Part shown: positions 11,178 to 24,171 of the stretch, piece by piece
Layout of the letters: the number at the start of each line of letters is the position of its first letter
Numbering within the stretch: the stretch's first letter is position 1
Source of the DNA: Malacoraja senta
Lineage: Eukaryota
Direction: 5' to 3'
Length of the DNA stretch: 64,000 bases
Assembly (NCBI GenBank): GCA_038087875.1
Contig: CM075997.1
Coordinates: 5,768,001 to 5,832,000 of the forward strand
The notes under the pieces: model-generated
What the model saw: the letters and a program-made list of their open reading frames with translations, nothing else
What the model was told of the DNA's origin: nothing
The model's database searches: none
Position numbers and translations under genes: made by a program

Positions 11178-11297
11178 AGAAGGAACTGAAGATGCTGGTT
11201 TAAATTGAAGATGGACACAAAAAGCTGGAGTAACTCAGCGGGACAGGCAGCATCTCTGGAGAGAAGGAATGGGTGACGTTTTGGGTCGAGATCCTTC
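11178..11297 (-). mobile_element. PLE-derived mini-element with 12-bp TSD
   Basis: TSD AAATAATCTGTC at 11166-11177 and 11298-11309. Confidence 0.85.
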
Positions 11298-11489
11298 AAA
11301 TAATCTGTCTATTCTCAGGATAGGGGAATCTAAATCTGGAGAGCGTGCATTTCATTTGTAAACAGAAATATTTCAGGTTAAACTAAGGGGCATGTTTTAC
11401 GACACAGAGGGTTCCGCAGGGGTCGGTGCTGGGGGCCGCTATTCTTCATGGTGTATATCAATGATTTGGATGAGGGAATTGAGGGAACT

Positions 11490-12114
11490 GCTTTTCTTAG
11501 TCCCTACCTGGTCGGAGAGGGGGCTTTCCTCCGAGCAGCATCTTCGACCCGTCCTCGCAGCCTACCATCGGGTCTGGAGTGGCTTTTCCTGAGGGGACCG
11601 GCGAGAACCACGGCTTAGGTGGCGGCACAGCGCTGGAGCGCTATCGCGGAGCGGGCGATGCCTTGCCCGGGTCGCCGCCGAATGAACATCGCGGAGCTGC
11701 GGGTCTGTGGAGCGGCCAGCCGCGGGCGGCGGTGCTGACTTTGACATCGCGGAGCCTGGGATCTCTCGCTGAGATCGCCAGTGGTGGAGCTCAGTCCAGC
11801 GCGGCCTATGGGCTTGGGAAGCCGCGGTCTCCGGTAAGGAAGTGACCGTTCCTGGTATCCCAAGCCGCCGAGAGGGTTCTCCCGACGCCGGAGCACCATC
11901 ACCCAGCGAGAGGGCCTAAAACATCAGGCCACCATAGCGGCGACTGCGGAGCCTCAATAGGCCCGACCATGGGTGGACAAGTTAAATTTCTTCTTTAATG
12001 TTATGTTCTATTTTTATTAGTGTGCTGCAAGGGCATCTGAATTTCCCTGAAAAGGGGATTAATAAAGTACTTATTTATTTATCTATTTATTTATCTATCT
12101 ATTTATCTATTTAT

Positions 12115-12158
<44 letters not shown>

Positions 12159-12213
12159 TTATCTATTTATCTATTTATCTATTTATCTATTTATCTATTT
12201 ATTTATTTATTTA
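11490..12213 (+). mobile_element. GC-rich non-coding retroposon 3' part with AATAAA and (TATC/TATT)n tail
   Basis: GC-rich body, then GAATTTCCCTG...GGGATTAATAAAGT (Rex1/Babar-like 3' end) followed by a TATC/TATT microsatellite 12068-12213. Confidence 0.5.
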
Positions 12214-12462
12214 TCTCTCTCTCTCTCTGTCTCTCTCTCTGTCTCTCTCTGTCTCTCTCTCTCTGTCTCTCTCTCTCTGTCTCTCTCTCTCTGTCTCTCT
12301 CTCTCTGTCTCTCTCTCTCTGTCTCTCTCTCTCTCTGTCTCTCTGTCTCTCTCTCTGTCTCTCTCTCTCTCTGTCTCTCTCTCTCTGTCTCTCTCTCTCT
12401 GTCTCTCTCTCTCTCTGTCTCTCTCTCTCTGTCTCTCTCTCTCTGTCTCTCTCTCTCTGTCT
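12214..12462. repeat. (TC)n/TCTG compound microsatellite
   Basis: Read directly from the sequence. Confidence 0.98.
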
Positions 12463-15400
12463 CAATTCAATTCAATTCAATTTAAAAACTTTATTGGCAT
12501 GATACAAAAAACATTGTTATATTGCCAAAGTATGAAACATGACATACATATTTAAGATGCATAAGTATAAATACAAGTATACAGTGCATAGATAGATATG
12601 TCCCTGTACATAAACTCGTAAGAGGCCTATAGCCTTTTATTGATTGCTACACGTTCTTGTAGCTGTAATCAGTACAACAGGATAGCTAATTTAGCAATTC
12701 AATATTAATTTCTTTGTGTCAGTTAATGTCAATTAGTGTGTGCGTACATATGTGCATATTGGTCATTCACCGTCTCTCAGGTTATGGCATGCTGTTACGT
12801 ATTGTGCACCAAGATGTGCCGTATTTCCTTCACCAAGGATTATTCTTAGTTTCGATGTATCATCGAGTTCCTTAAAGTCAGGGGGTTGCCTGACTGAATT
12901 TGTCAAAGTATGTTTTCCTTGTTTTGTCAAATTTTTTGCATTTTAGAAGGAAGTGCACCTCCGTTTCAACCTCATCTGTCAAACAGTGGCCACATATTCT
13001 GTTTCTCTTGGTTGCCAGAATCTCTTCTGTCTTCCTTTTTCAACTGCCATATAGTGGTCACTTAGCCTGTATTTGGTGAGGGTCTGTCTCTGTTTTATGT
13101 CTCTAACAGTTGAGAGATAGTCTGCCAATTTATAATCTCTTTTTAGGGCACGGTAGCATTCTAATCTGCTTTGGCTTTTGGTTTCTTTATCCCAATATTC
13201 CAAATATGTTTCTTTACATTGTTTGATAATTTGGTTCACTCTAACTGGTGATTGGGGATAAGTATTGATCTGAGCTGGTCAGGATTTAACTGGATAGGTT
13301 TAACTGAATGGGGGTAGTTAGTCTCCGTACCAACTGACACAGGGAACTCTTTTCTGGGCTCCCCTCTTGTGTTTTATGGGCTTTAAACTGGAGGGTATCT
13401 GGTGGGCTAGATTTAAGGTGATTCCAAAAATTTAGTGCTCTTTTCTGGATATTTATTATCAGTGAGTATCTGCCTAATTCTGCCCTACATGCGTTTGTTG
13501 GTGTTTTCCTTTGGATGCGGAGGATGTTCCGACAAAATTCCGCATGCAGGGCCTCCGTTGTATGTTTTTCCCATTTACTATAACTATGGTGACTGAGCGG
13601 CCCCCATACTTCACTACCATAAAGCGCAATAGGCTGGATTACACTGTCAAATATTTTAAGCCAGATTTTAATGGGAATTTGGATGTTGTAGAATCTTCTT
13701 TTTATTGCATACAGAGCTCTTCGAGCTTTCTCTTTTAGTGCATTCACTGCCATATTGAAGCTCCCTGATGCTGCAACAGTTAGACCAAGGTAAGTATAGC
13801 TCATAGTGTGTTCGATAATAACACCATTGAGAGTAAATTTGTACTTATCTTCCTGACATCTTGGTTTTTTCTGGAAAATCATGATATTGGTTTTCTTTAG
13901 ATTTACTGCCAGGGCCCAATTTTGGCAGTACTCATCAAGTAGGTCCAACTGTTGCTGCAGTCCCTGTTCTGTGGGGGACAGCAGAACCAAGTCATCCGCA
14001 TAAAACAGAGATTTTACCTCTCCGTCCAGGAGACAGAGGCCCGGCGCAGTGCTCTGGTCCAGCTTTATTGCCAAATCATTGATATATAAATTAAACGGTG
14101 TCGGGCTCAGATTGCAGCCTTGCCGGACGCCTCTTCTCTGGGTGAAGAGATCAGTGCGTTTGTCCCCAATTTTAACGCCACATTTATTATTCAGATACAT
14201 TGATTTGATAAGGTCATATACCTTTCCTCCTATACCACAACAGAGGAGTTTGTAGTAGAGCCCTTCATGCCAAATAGAGTCAAATGCTTTCTCAAAGTCA
14301 ATAAAACAGGCAAATATTTTTCCATTTTTTGCTTAGTGTACATGTTTTTCAATGAGAGTGTGGAGGGTGTAAATGTGGTCAGTGGTACGATGTTTTGGGA
14401 GGAAGCCAATTTGGTTTTTACTGAGAATGTTGTGTTTGTTAAGGAAATCCTGTATTCTGTTATTTATGATACTGCAGAATAACTTCCCTAGGCAGCTACT
14501 GACACAGATGCCGCGGTAGTTATTTGGGTCTAGTTTGTTTCCACTCTTATAAATGGGTGAAATAAGCCCTTGGCACCAAATATCAGGGAAATAACCTGAA
14601 CGTAGTATGAATGTTGAACAGCCTAAGCACTATGTCCTGCACCTCCGGAGTGCTGTACTTGAGCATTTCATTTTTAATGCTATCTGGACCACAGGCTTTC
14701 TTTGGGTGAAGAGATTTTATTTTAAGGTCAGTTCTTCCAAAGTAATTGGGAAATCGAGGGGGTTTTGATAATCTTTGATTACTATTTCTAGTGTTTGGAG
14801 TTTTTCTTTGATATGAGAATGATTTGAGTTTATTTTATTTTTTGGGATGTCTTTATATAGATTTTTGAAGTGTGCTCTCCAGATATCACCGTCTTGAATT
14901 GGTAATGTTTGTAGTTTTGTTGTGCTCAGGTTATTCCACATATCCCAAAATTGGTTTTGATTTATGGAATTTTCAATTTCTTCAAGTCTTTTGTGAGTGT
15001 GATTTTGTCTTTTGTTCCTAATCGTGTGTTTATACCTTTTAAGAGTTTCATTATATCTAATGCGTAAGTCTGGATTGTTTGGTTGACGGTGTTTTTGGTT
15101 CGATATTTTCCTCAGATCTTTTCTGACATTTTTACACTCGTGGTCGAACCATTTTTCATGGTTGTTTTTTTTGATAATTTTTCTCTTCTGTTTCACAAGG
15201 TCAGATTTAATAGCTGCCTTGTGAAAGATCATATTAATGTCCTTTATAGCCATGTTTACACCATCTCTAGTAGTCTCATATGGGTTTGTCTTGAATTTCA
15301 ATATTTTATTTGTGAGATCAGGTGAATTCAGGGCCACGATGAATTTATCTCCACTATCTGAAGCCCATCTGTAAGTCTGATTTAGTTTATACAGCTTACT

Positions 15401-15725
15401 TGGTTCCTTTTTTCATCTTTAGTTTGAAGAGGAAATTTTAGGTACACATTGATTTGACTATGGTCTGAAAGAGGGGACTGCTGCCTAACAGTGAATGCAC
15501 TGATAGTGCAGGGGTCTATGTCAGTAATTGCGTAGTCTACCACGCTAGACCCAAGAGCTGAGGAATTATGTTAAACCTTCCCATCGAGTCCCCTCTGAGC
15601 CTACCATTAACTATGTACAGGCCCAAGGCTCGGCAGAGATGCACTACCTCTCTACCACTTTTATTTATTTCACAGTCTGGGTTGTTAGTGATAGTTGGTG
15701 TGACATACAAGGGGGTTTGACCGAA
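12463..15725 (-). mobile_element. 5'-truncated LINE of the CR1/L2 supergroup (Crack/Daphne-like), APE C-terminus plus RT
   Basis: Minus-strand translation gives VVDYAIT/SDHS (APE end), KWFDHEC, GVRQGCNLSP..FNLYINDL, LFYADDLVLLS, YTYLG, ALYGSEVWG, TKYRLSDH; 3' end AATAAA plus (TTGAA)n tail; several frameshifts. Confidence 0.88.
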
Positions 15726-16141
15726 CTCTCTCTCTCTCTCTGTCTCTCTCTCTCTGTCTCTGTCTATCTCTGTCTCTGTCTCTCTCTCTCTGTCTCTCTC
15801 TCTCTGTCTCTCTCTCTGTCTCTCTCTCTGTCTCTCTCTCTGTCTCTCTCTCTGTCTCTCTCTCTGTCTCTCTCTCTGTCTCTCTGTCTCTCTGTCTGTC
15901 TCTCTCTCTCTCTGTCTCTCATTCTCTCTGTCTCTCTCTCTCTGTCTCTCTCTCTCTCTGTCTCTCTCTCTGTCTCTCTCTCTCTCTCTGTCTCTCTCTC
16001 TCTCTGTCTCTCTCTCTCTCTGTCTCTGTCTCTCTCTGTCTCTGTCTCTCTCTGTCTCTCTCTCTCTGTCTCTCTCTCTCTGTCTCTCTCTCTCTGTCTC
16101 TCTCTCTCTGTCTCTCTCTCTCTCTGTCTCTCTCTCTGTCT
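15726..16141. repeat. (TC)n/TCTG compound microsatellite running into an assembly gap
   Basis: Read directly from the sequence. Confidence 0.98.
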
Positions 16142-16341
16142 NNNNNNNNNNNNNNNNNNNNNNNNNNNNNNNNNNNNNNNNNNNNNNNNNNNNNNNNNNN
16201 NNNNNNNNNNNNNNNNNNNNNNNNNNNNNNNNNNNNNNNNNNNNNNNNNNNNNNNNNNNNNNNNNNNNNNNNNNNNNNNNNNNNNNNNNNNNNNNNNNNN
16301 NNNNNNNNNNNNNNNNNNNNNNNNNNNNNNNNNNNNNNNNN
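16142..16341. other. Assembly gap (200 N)
   Basis: Run of exactly 200 N. Confidence 1.
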
Positions 16342-17030
16342 AGCTGCTGGTCCAGTTCACTAAGACAGTCTGTCAGGAGCTGCAGCTAGATGTACCTGCT
16401 GCAGGTAGGGTCCTCGGGGACACTGGAATCCTCCATGACTTCCCACATTCTGCAGGACCACACGCACACACACGCGCACGCGCACACGCACACGCGCACG
16501 CACACACACACACACAACCACCAGCCCCTTATGCAGGCGGGGGACAGGGCAAGCGGGGGGAGCGCTGTCTGAGTGATATTAACATGGTCCAAAGCCAAGG
16601 TGATACAGACACACTGCGCGATGAACAGGAAGGTTGGTGCTGTCATTAGGACGGTGAAAGCACAGTGTACGGTAAGTCCTTTAAAAGAAGAGGGGGGAGA
16701 AGGAGTGGAGACAACTTTTAAGAAGCCAGAGATACGCTGTGAAGCTCGGCGGACATTAACATTACTGTTCGGTTATCCTTGCTTCTGAAAACTGCTGCTT
16801 ACGTTTTTTTCCCCCAATGAGCCAATGAAATTCACCGCTCAGCGCCGGCTACAACCTACGAGAACCTTCGACCCCACTAGGACGAGAATTGTGGCTACTC
16901 TCCATGGCAGGAATGCGGGAACTCCTCACGACCATGAAGGCGACTCCCCGGCAACTACCCGCGAACATGTGCCGTTCGCAGAGCCTCCTGCAGTCACATA
17001 AAAAGTCTCCTTAGTGGGACAGGCCCATTA
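16342..17030. mobile_element. Probable non-autonomous DNA transposon (Harbinger-like), right portion
   Basis: GC-rich block ending AGTGGGACAGGCCCA followed by TTA (a GGGCCTGTCCCACT-type TIR with a 3-bp TTA site); the left end would lie in the gap. Confidence 0.4.
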
Positions 17031-17276
17031 CTGGACCAAGGAAGCTTTACAAAAGGAAGGAGAAAATAGACCGTACCTTATTCCACCGTCAGCTGTAACG
17101 CCAAACCCTCACACTTACTCTCCACACGGCACTTCGAGCCATAGCCTTGTACTTGCATATCCACAGGGCTGCACTCAGCATGTTGGTAGAAAAATAAAAT
17201 GGACTAAACAATGTTGGTGAAATAACAAATACAGACAATTATCAGACATAAGTATTAGTATACTAAATAATCCTAA

Positions 17277-17441
<165 letters not shown>

Positions 17442-17794
17442 TAGGGATTGCTGCTTCTTGGCAAAGTGAGTTCCTCCTTATTTTGAGTAAATATCTAAGT
17501 TGCATTCGTTTATTAGATTAACAAGGGAAAAGTAGGATGGCAGTAATAATTAATTAGAATTAGCACTGTGCCTTCACTGATCTTTTTCCTGAAGTATTCC
17601 AGAAAATATGAGCTAAATTAATCAAGGAAACATGTTGAATGTGTATCAAATAATTACATATATTACATGTAATTATAAACCACTGAAACCACAACTGGAT
17701 TATATTGTACAGGCCTCTTTATTCAAGAATAGGAAGCAAATGGTAGCCACTGGCTGGGGTGTCAAGAAACGGGTTCAGAGTCTCAAAGTAAAGG

Positions 17795-18452
17795 ACAATA
17801 GACAATAGGTGCAGGAGTAGGCCATTTGACCCTTCGAGCCAGCACCGCCATTCAATGTGATCATGGCTGATCATCCCCAATCAGTACCCCGTTCCTGCCT
17901 TCTCCCCATATCTCCTGACTCCACTATTTTTAAGAGCCCTATCGAGCTCTCTCTTGAAAGCATCCAGAGAACCGGCCTCCACCGCCCTCTGAGGCAGAGA
18001 ATTCCACAGACTCACCACTCTCTGTGAGAAAAAGTGTTTCCTCGTCTCCGTTCTAAATGGCTTACTCCTTATTCTTAAACTGTGGCCCCTGGTTCTGGAC
18101 TCCCCAACATCGGGAACATGTTTCCTGCCTCTAGTGTGTCCATACCCTTAACAATCTTATATGTTTCAATGAGATGCCCTCTCATCCTTCTAAACTCCAG
18201 AGTGTACAAGCCCAGCTGCTCCATTCTCTCAGCATATGACAGTCCCGCCATCCTGGGAATTAACCTTGTTGAACCTACGCTGCACTCCCTCAATAGCAAG
18301 AATGTCCTTCCTCAAATTAGGGGACCAAAACTGCACACACTACTCCAGGTGTGGTCTCACTAGGGCTCTGTACAACTGCAGAAGGAGCTCTTTCTCCTAT
18401 ATTCGATTCCTCTTGTTATAAAGGCCAACATGCCATTCGCTTTCTTCATTGC
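17795..18452 (-). mobile_element. CR1 3' fragment nested in an older + strand CR1
   Basis: (GACAATA)n tail; minus ORF LGLYTLEFRRMRGHLIETYKIVKG. Confidence 0.9.
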
Positions 18453-18679
18453 CTGAGATACGAAAGAGGACTCTTCGTAAACTGCCTGAGGACAGAGATA
18501 CGAAATTCCTTTGCTCAGAGAATAGTGAAACGTTGCACCTCTCTGCTCGAGAGTTGAAGAGGCTTAGTTGCTGAATATATTACCAATCAGCCATGATCAC
18601 ATTGAATGGTGGTGCTGGCTCGAAGGGCCAAATGGCCTACTCCTGCACCTATTGTCTATTGTCTATTACAATCTGAAAT

Positions 18680-19220
18680 TGATAGATTTTTGGACTTTAT
18701 CGTTGGGTTTTAAGCTACCAAAGCAGAATATGAGGAGCTGTTCCTCCAGTTTGAGGGGTGGTTTCACTCTAGCACTGGAGGATGCCCAGGTCAGTGTGGG
18801 AATGGGAGGGAGAGTTAACCGGAAGATCCAGCAGGTCTTGGCAAACCAAGCACAAGCGTTTGGAATGGACAATGGTATGAACATTGAATTCTTCAATTTT
18901 AGGTAACTAACCTACAAATAACCCCCCCTGTTTTTCTCCCTGCTCTTCCATGGATGCAGGCCCATTTCTCCCTTTTCTCTCGCCCTTTTCCCCTTCCACC
19001 CATAAGCCTTCCTCTGACTTCCGATTTCATGCATCTTATCTCACAGCCTTTTGTCTTTTCATCTCTGGCCTTTACCTATCCATCTGTCAATTAAAATCTC
19101 TCACCTTTAACCACCTAAAACTTCCAGGCATTGTCCAGTGCACAACCCTCTTTCTCCTATCTACTACAATCACTCTGAAGAAGGGTACCGACGCAATACG
19201 TCACTAATCCATGTACTCCA
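18680..19220. mobile_element. Degenerate PLE 3' region with inversion
   Basis: Minus-strand KLEEQLLIFCFGSLKP, then + strand GGTATGAACATTGAATTCTTCAATTTTAGGTAA and a degenerate CTGAAGAAGGGT core at ~19175. Confidence 0.65.
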
Positions 19221-20032
19221 TCCCTGTACTAATTCATGGGTCACTGTGTGTAGTTCCCATGCTTTATCCTGCAGCCCTCCTAGAGGCACAACATTTGCCA
19301 CCCTCTAGTTTTCCATCACCATACCTGTATTTAATGATGGCTCGTAAATAACAGCCAGGTCACCTCTCTAGCTTCCCATGGTGTCCTCAGATATATCTGA
19401 TCAGGTTTGGGAGATTTGATTACCTTCATATCATCAGGACCTTCAGCACCTCTTCGACCATATTACTGATTGCTGTCAAAACACTTCCATTGACTGCCCA
19501 TTCTTCTTCTTGCGTTTGAGGCAGCAGATGTTGTGTAACACCCTCCAGGCGCTGTAGCCAGTTCAATGTGCTGTTCCTCATGTAATACTCTACAGCAAAA
19601 ACAGAGGAGAAATATATTGAGAACACCCATTTCCTGTGGCTCCACACAGAGTTGACCACTTTGCTGCAAAGGACAAAGGACAAAGGACATTTATTGTCAC
19701 ATACACCAATTGGTGTAGTGAAATTTGACTTGCCATGCAGCACACAATTTTTTTGTTGTCACATACACCAATTAAGGGTCACCAATTAAGGGTCTTGACC
19801 CAAAACATCACCCATTCATTCTCCCCAGAGATACTGCCTGTCCCGCTGAGTTACTTCAGCATTTCGTGTCTATTCCCACTCTCTCTGGTTACTCTTTTTC
19901 CCTTTATGTACATAAAATTCCTTGGGATTATCATTTCTGCTATGTTAGAGCTACGTCCTATCCCACGTTTGTCCTTTTTTAGCATGCTCCTTTGTAGATT
20001 TCATCCTTGTAGTTTTCTATGTAGTATTGGAT

Positions 20033-20332
20033 AGCACAGGGAGCAGCTGGGGGAACTGCTGCCTCACAGCGTCAGCGACGAGAGTTCGATCTTGACCTCA
20101 GGTGCTGACGGTGTGGAGTCTGCACATTCTCCTGTGCCCACGTGCTCCGGTTTCCTCCCATACCCCAAAGATGTGTGGATTTGTCCGTTAATTGGTTTCT
20201 GTAAATTGCCCCAAGTGTGTAAAGAGTGGATGAGAAAGCGGGATGACAGAACTAGTGAGTATGGATGAATGATGGTCGGCATGAGCTCGGTGTGCCAAAA
20301 GGCCTTTTTCCATGCTGTATCTCTAAACTAAG
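20033..20332 (+). mobile_element. HE1-like V-SINE
   Basis: tRNA-like head (GCTGCCTCACAGC...GTTCGATC), V-domain-like GGTTTCCTCCCA..CCCCAAAGA, LINE-derived tail CCATGCTGTATCTCTAAACTAA. Confidence 0.8.
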
Positions 20333-20473
20333 TATACTAAAGACTTGGATGCCAGGTACTGGTATGATTATGAGCAGGAGACTTTTATTTAATTTTAGTC
20401 CATTTTATTTAATTTTATTCTTAGAAATGTGAGTTGCCATCTGTTTTCTAAAGGATTGATGTTGTTCCAACAG

Positions 20474-20630
20474 CTGGAGTGGTAGCCACATGAAATGGGG
20501 CCAGTCTTTCCGTATTCGTCATGTTACCACAGGCAAATATTTGGGCCTGGATGAAGAGAAAGGGCTTTTACTCTTTGAACAAGATAAATCAAACATCAAA
20601 ATCACTTCATTTTGTTTCCGAATCTCAAAG
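20474..20630 (+). CDS. RYR1: RYR1 exon (human exon 10 equivalent)
   Basis: [52 protein letters not shown], 157 nt. Confidence 0.96.
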
Positions 20631-21342
20631 GTGAGATAAAATTAAGAAAGGAATTAATTTTCAAATACAAATTTATGTCAAGCTTCACATAAGTTTTTAG
20701 TCTAGACAGAGATCATTATTCATTCTTGGTTTTGAGTTAGTTGATTGTGGGTGACAATATTTGTATGCTGCTCCATTCAGAATGAGTGATTTAACCTGGA
20801 TATTCATTCTCATTGCTGCATATCACTTGCATGCTTTGGAAGATGAGGACCCTCTTTCATAATAATGAGAAGTACAAAGAACTGTGCTCCCTGGTGTTGA
20901 GAGAGTGTGAATGGGTGATTGAGGGTACTTGTACAAACTCAGATCATGCTCCACTTGATTTTATATCACTGGATCAGGAGGAAGCTTGATTCAAGTTAAT
21001 TTTCTCATAATTAGGGATAAGATCGATCTTGATTAAAGTACCAGATCTAAACTTTTTTGGACTACTTGCTCAAGTTTTGTAGATTCTAGCCCATTCCTTT
21101 TCATTGCTTGGCATTCCCTCTTATCCTTTGGCTTTCATTCCAAACTTGTATTCACTTAATTAACCTCTTATAACTTTGCGTCCAATTTTGTTTTCTGGCT
21201 TGTATTATGCCATTCCCTGACAGTTCACAATTTCATTTCCCTTCAAGTGCCATGGCCTATATATATCAGACATTTCCCCTCGTATTTTTAAGAGGGCTTT
21301 AGTAGATAGGGCAGAATTGATGATCCTTAAGCTATCTTGAGT

Positions 21343-21468
21343 AGACAAAAAATGCTGGAGAAACTCAGCGGGTGAGGAAGCATTCATAGATGCTTCCTCA
21401 CCCACTGAGTTTCTCCAGCATTTTTTATCTACCTTCGATTTTTCCAGCATCTGCAGTTCTTTCTTAAA
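21343..21468. mobile_element. PLE-derived fold-back mini-element with 17-bp TSD
   Basis: TSD CTTAAGCTATCTTGAGT at 21326-21342 and 21469-21485; near-perfect hairpin of ~40 bp. Confidence 0.9.
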
Positions 21469-22170
21469 CTTAAGCTATCTTGAGTCTGTGTGTATGTGAG
21501 AGTACTGTTGCTTATTTAAAAACATAGTGTGCCTGCTCTCCTTTCATGATTCCAATTTTTATTCTCTCTACCCTTTTGCTTTCTAAGCTATGATTATTTC
21601 AGTTGGATATTAAAGGAATATGTGTTACTTGCATAATTATTCTTTTGATAGATTCTGTTTATCTAATAATTCTCTAGGGGTTGTTCTCCACATGATTCAG
21701 ACCCTATTTCTTCCAGGTTTAATGTTCAATCTCCCGAGTGCAAAATGTGTTCTGACATCATGTGCTAGTGTAACTCAGCGGGTCAGACAGGAAAAGCCTG
21801 GGCAGTGATAGGTGGGGAGAAGATTTTGATAGACAGATTGTTGGACAAAGGGTATAGATGAATATACAATAGGTGTGAAATAAGGATAGTAGAGTTGTGA
21901 ATTGCGAAGGCAGGGAAAAGACGGGTGGAATGGGAGGGAGAGGGAACAAACGGGTGTGAGTCCAAGTGGCACACAGATGCTCATATTCCACTTGGGTAGT
22001 TTGCAATCTACCGCTATGAACATTAAAATCATCCAAAGTAATGGCCATTATTAAGAATATAAATGCCAAAACAAATATAAACACATAATAATGAACAAAT
22101 TATCCTCAAACAAATCACTTAACATTGTGTACATTGAAATAGGACTGAAACTAATTTTGCGCTTTCTTAG

Positions 22171-22335
22171 GATAAAATCGATACATCTCATAAAAGGGAT
22201 GTAGAAGGCATGGGAACCCCTGAGATCAAGTACGGTGAGTCGATGTGCTTTGTCCAACATGTGAACAGTGGACTTTGGTTGACGTATGCAGCAGCTGATA
22301 CCAAAACAGTCCGCTTGGGACCTTTGAAGAGAAAA
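22171..22335 (+). CDS. RYR1: RYR1 exon (human exon 11 equivalent)
   Basis: [55 protein letters not shown], 165 nt. Confidence 0.96.
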
Positions 22336-23397
22336 GTAAGTACATCTTCTAGCCAATTACACTTTTAAGGCTGAAATAAAATTACAAAGCTTGTAACCCA
22401 TTATTTAACCAAATGATTCTCCCTTGGAAAGTGACCATTTTGTTAGTTTATGCTTTAAATTTAAAGAGATTTGTGCTATGTGTTTCACATCAGACTAAAG
22501 GCCTTTAACAAGATTCCACTAGTCCAAAATGTTCGGGCCCATGGGATCCCGTGCAAGTTGGCAAAATGTCTTGGCAATAGGAGACAGTGGGTCAGGTGGA
22601 AGGTTGTTTTTGTGATTGGATACCTGTGACTAGTGATGCTCCACAGGGATCAGTGCTGGGACCCTTGCTTATACGTGAATGATTTAATGTGGATGTAGAA
22701 GACATGATCAGCATGTCTGTAGATGACATGAAGATTGGTGGAATTATTGAGGAGTACTAATGAGGCTAGGACATACACCATGAATGGTTACGTTGGGGGG
22801 GGGGGGGGGGGGGATATTACGGAACAGAGGGAGTTTGGTGTGAAAGTTCCAGGACTTTGACCAGAATTACTTTAACCAATTTTGAAAGTGACATTATATT
22901 GTCCAAAATGATTATCAATGTGATTTACTTTAGGTTATGAGAAGCAAATAACTGTAGATAATGGAAACAAAAATACTGGAGGTACCTAGTGGGTCTTGTT
23001 CATTAATTTTGTTGATTATGATCACTAATTTGAAATGTTGAGTCCGTTTCTCTCCAAATGCTGCCGACCTGCCTTGTATTGCCAGCATTTTCTGTTTTTA
23101 TTCCATGTTACATTGACATTGGATTACCTGTCATTGGAAAAAAAACTGCGTTCTGTGAAATAGGCCAATCTCCTCTGTTGTATGTTTGAGGTTATACTGC
23201 CCTTGTGTGTATACAACCGCTCTGAATATGAAAATCTGTGACATTTAAGCATTGACTACTTGGATTAAGTATAAGCATGTAGCAAAAGCTTTTAAGTCCT
23301 ATGAAAAAAAAAAAGGAGAGACAGAAAAAAATCTATCTTTGCAAAGCAGATCTTTCAGTCCTAAAATAAATAACCATTTGAAGAAATTTTGTTTTAG

Positions 23398-23519
23398 GCT
23401 ATACTACACCAAGAAGGGCACATGGATGATGCACTTTCACTATCACGTTCGCAACAAGAGGAATCCCAGGCTTCACGAATGATTTATAGCACAGTCGGCC
23501 TTTTCAACCAATTCATTAA
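23398..23519 (+). CDS. RYR1: RYR1 exon (human exon 12 equivalent)
   Basis: [40 protein letters not shown](N), 122 nt. Confidence 0.96.
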
Positions 23520-23984
23520 GTAGGTCCACTTTTGAATGAAAGAAAGAACATTTTGGAGGCACACTCAGTCAGTCCAAATCAGTAAAGAGTTTCTTTAAAT
23601 GTTCGGGTGGATTTTAAGAGTTTATTCTCTAAACAAATAATGATTGACATATTGCCGGCTTACAAAATGTTGTCATCTTATAATACTGTTTGACGTAGCC
23701 AATTGAAGCACTTTTTTAACTTCTGTTGGATAATTATACATGATTGTATTATATTACAAATGACTGAAATTCAAAACAATTTTTTGTCTGCTCAAAATGT
23801 ATTTAGTTTGCACGTTAGCAGGATTCTGATTCGATATTCACCACTTTAATGAATACTGAAAATATTTGTAGAAATGGCCAAATATTTTTATTGGAGCCCA
23901 CAGTTGGCTGTGGAATATTTAGAACAGTCGTTTTCAGAATTGATCTCCTATGTTTACTGTACTTTGTCTTTTTTTTCAATGAAG

Positions 23985-24171
23985 TGGTCTAGATATGCTA
24001 AGTGGAAAGAATAAGTCTTCAGCTCCAGTATCCTTACCTATTGATACAATAGTGCTGAGCCTTCAGGATCTGATCAACTACTTCCAACATCCCGAAGAGG
24101 AGCTTGCTCATGAAGAGAAGCAGACTAAATTACGCTCACTCAAAAATAGGCAGAATTTATTCCAGGAAGAG
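23985..24171 (+). CDS. RYR1: RYR1 exon (human exon 13 equivalent)
   Basis: [62 protein letters not shown], 187 nt, aag/gt, phase-compatible. Confidence 0.94.

Larger units (their letters stand above)
8990..11410 (+). mobile_element. Old degenerate CR1 fragment split by a Helitron and a PLE mini-element
   Basis: CR1-like sequence (CACTTGGAATATTGTGTGCAG...) runs to 9578 and resumes at 11147 (TGACGGGCACAG...GGGGAATCTAAA). Confidence 0.7.

Noticed and set aside
11998..12555. 185-aa ORF (IYLS/SLSL repeats) and its RERE antisense ORF
   Set aside because: Translation of microsatellites.
16142..16341. Missing RYR1 exon hidden in the gap
   Set aside because: The flanking exons join in frame ([11 protein letters not shown]) with no residues missing relative to known RYR1.
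15639..16649. 336-aa ORF
   Set aside because: Microsatellite plus the 200-N gap; artefact.
20033..20110. tRNA gene
   Set aside because: tRNA-derived SINE head; no complete cloverleaf, and it continues into a V-SINE body.
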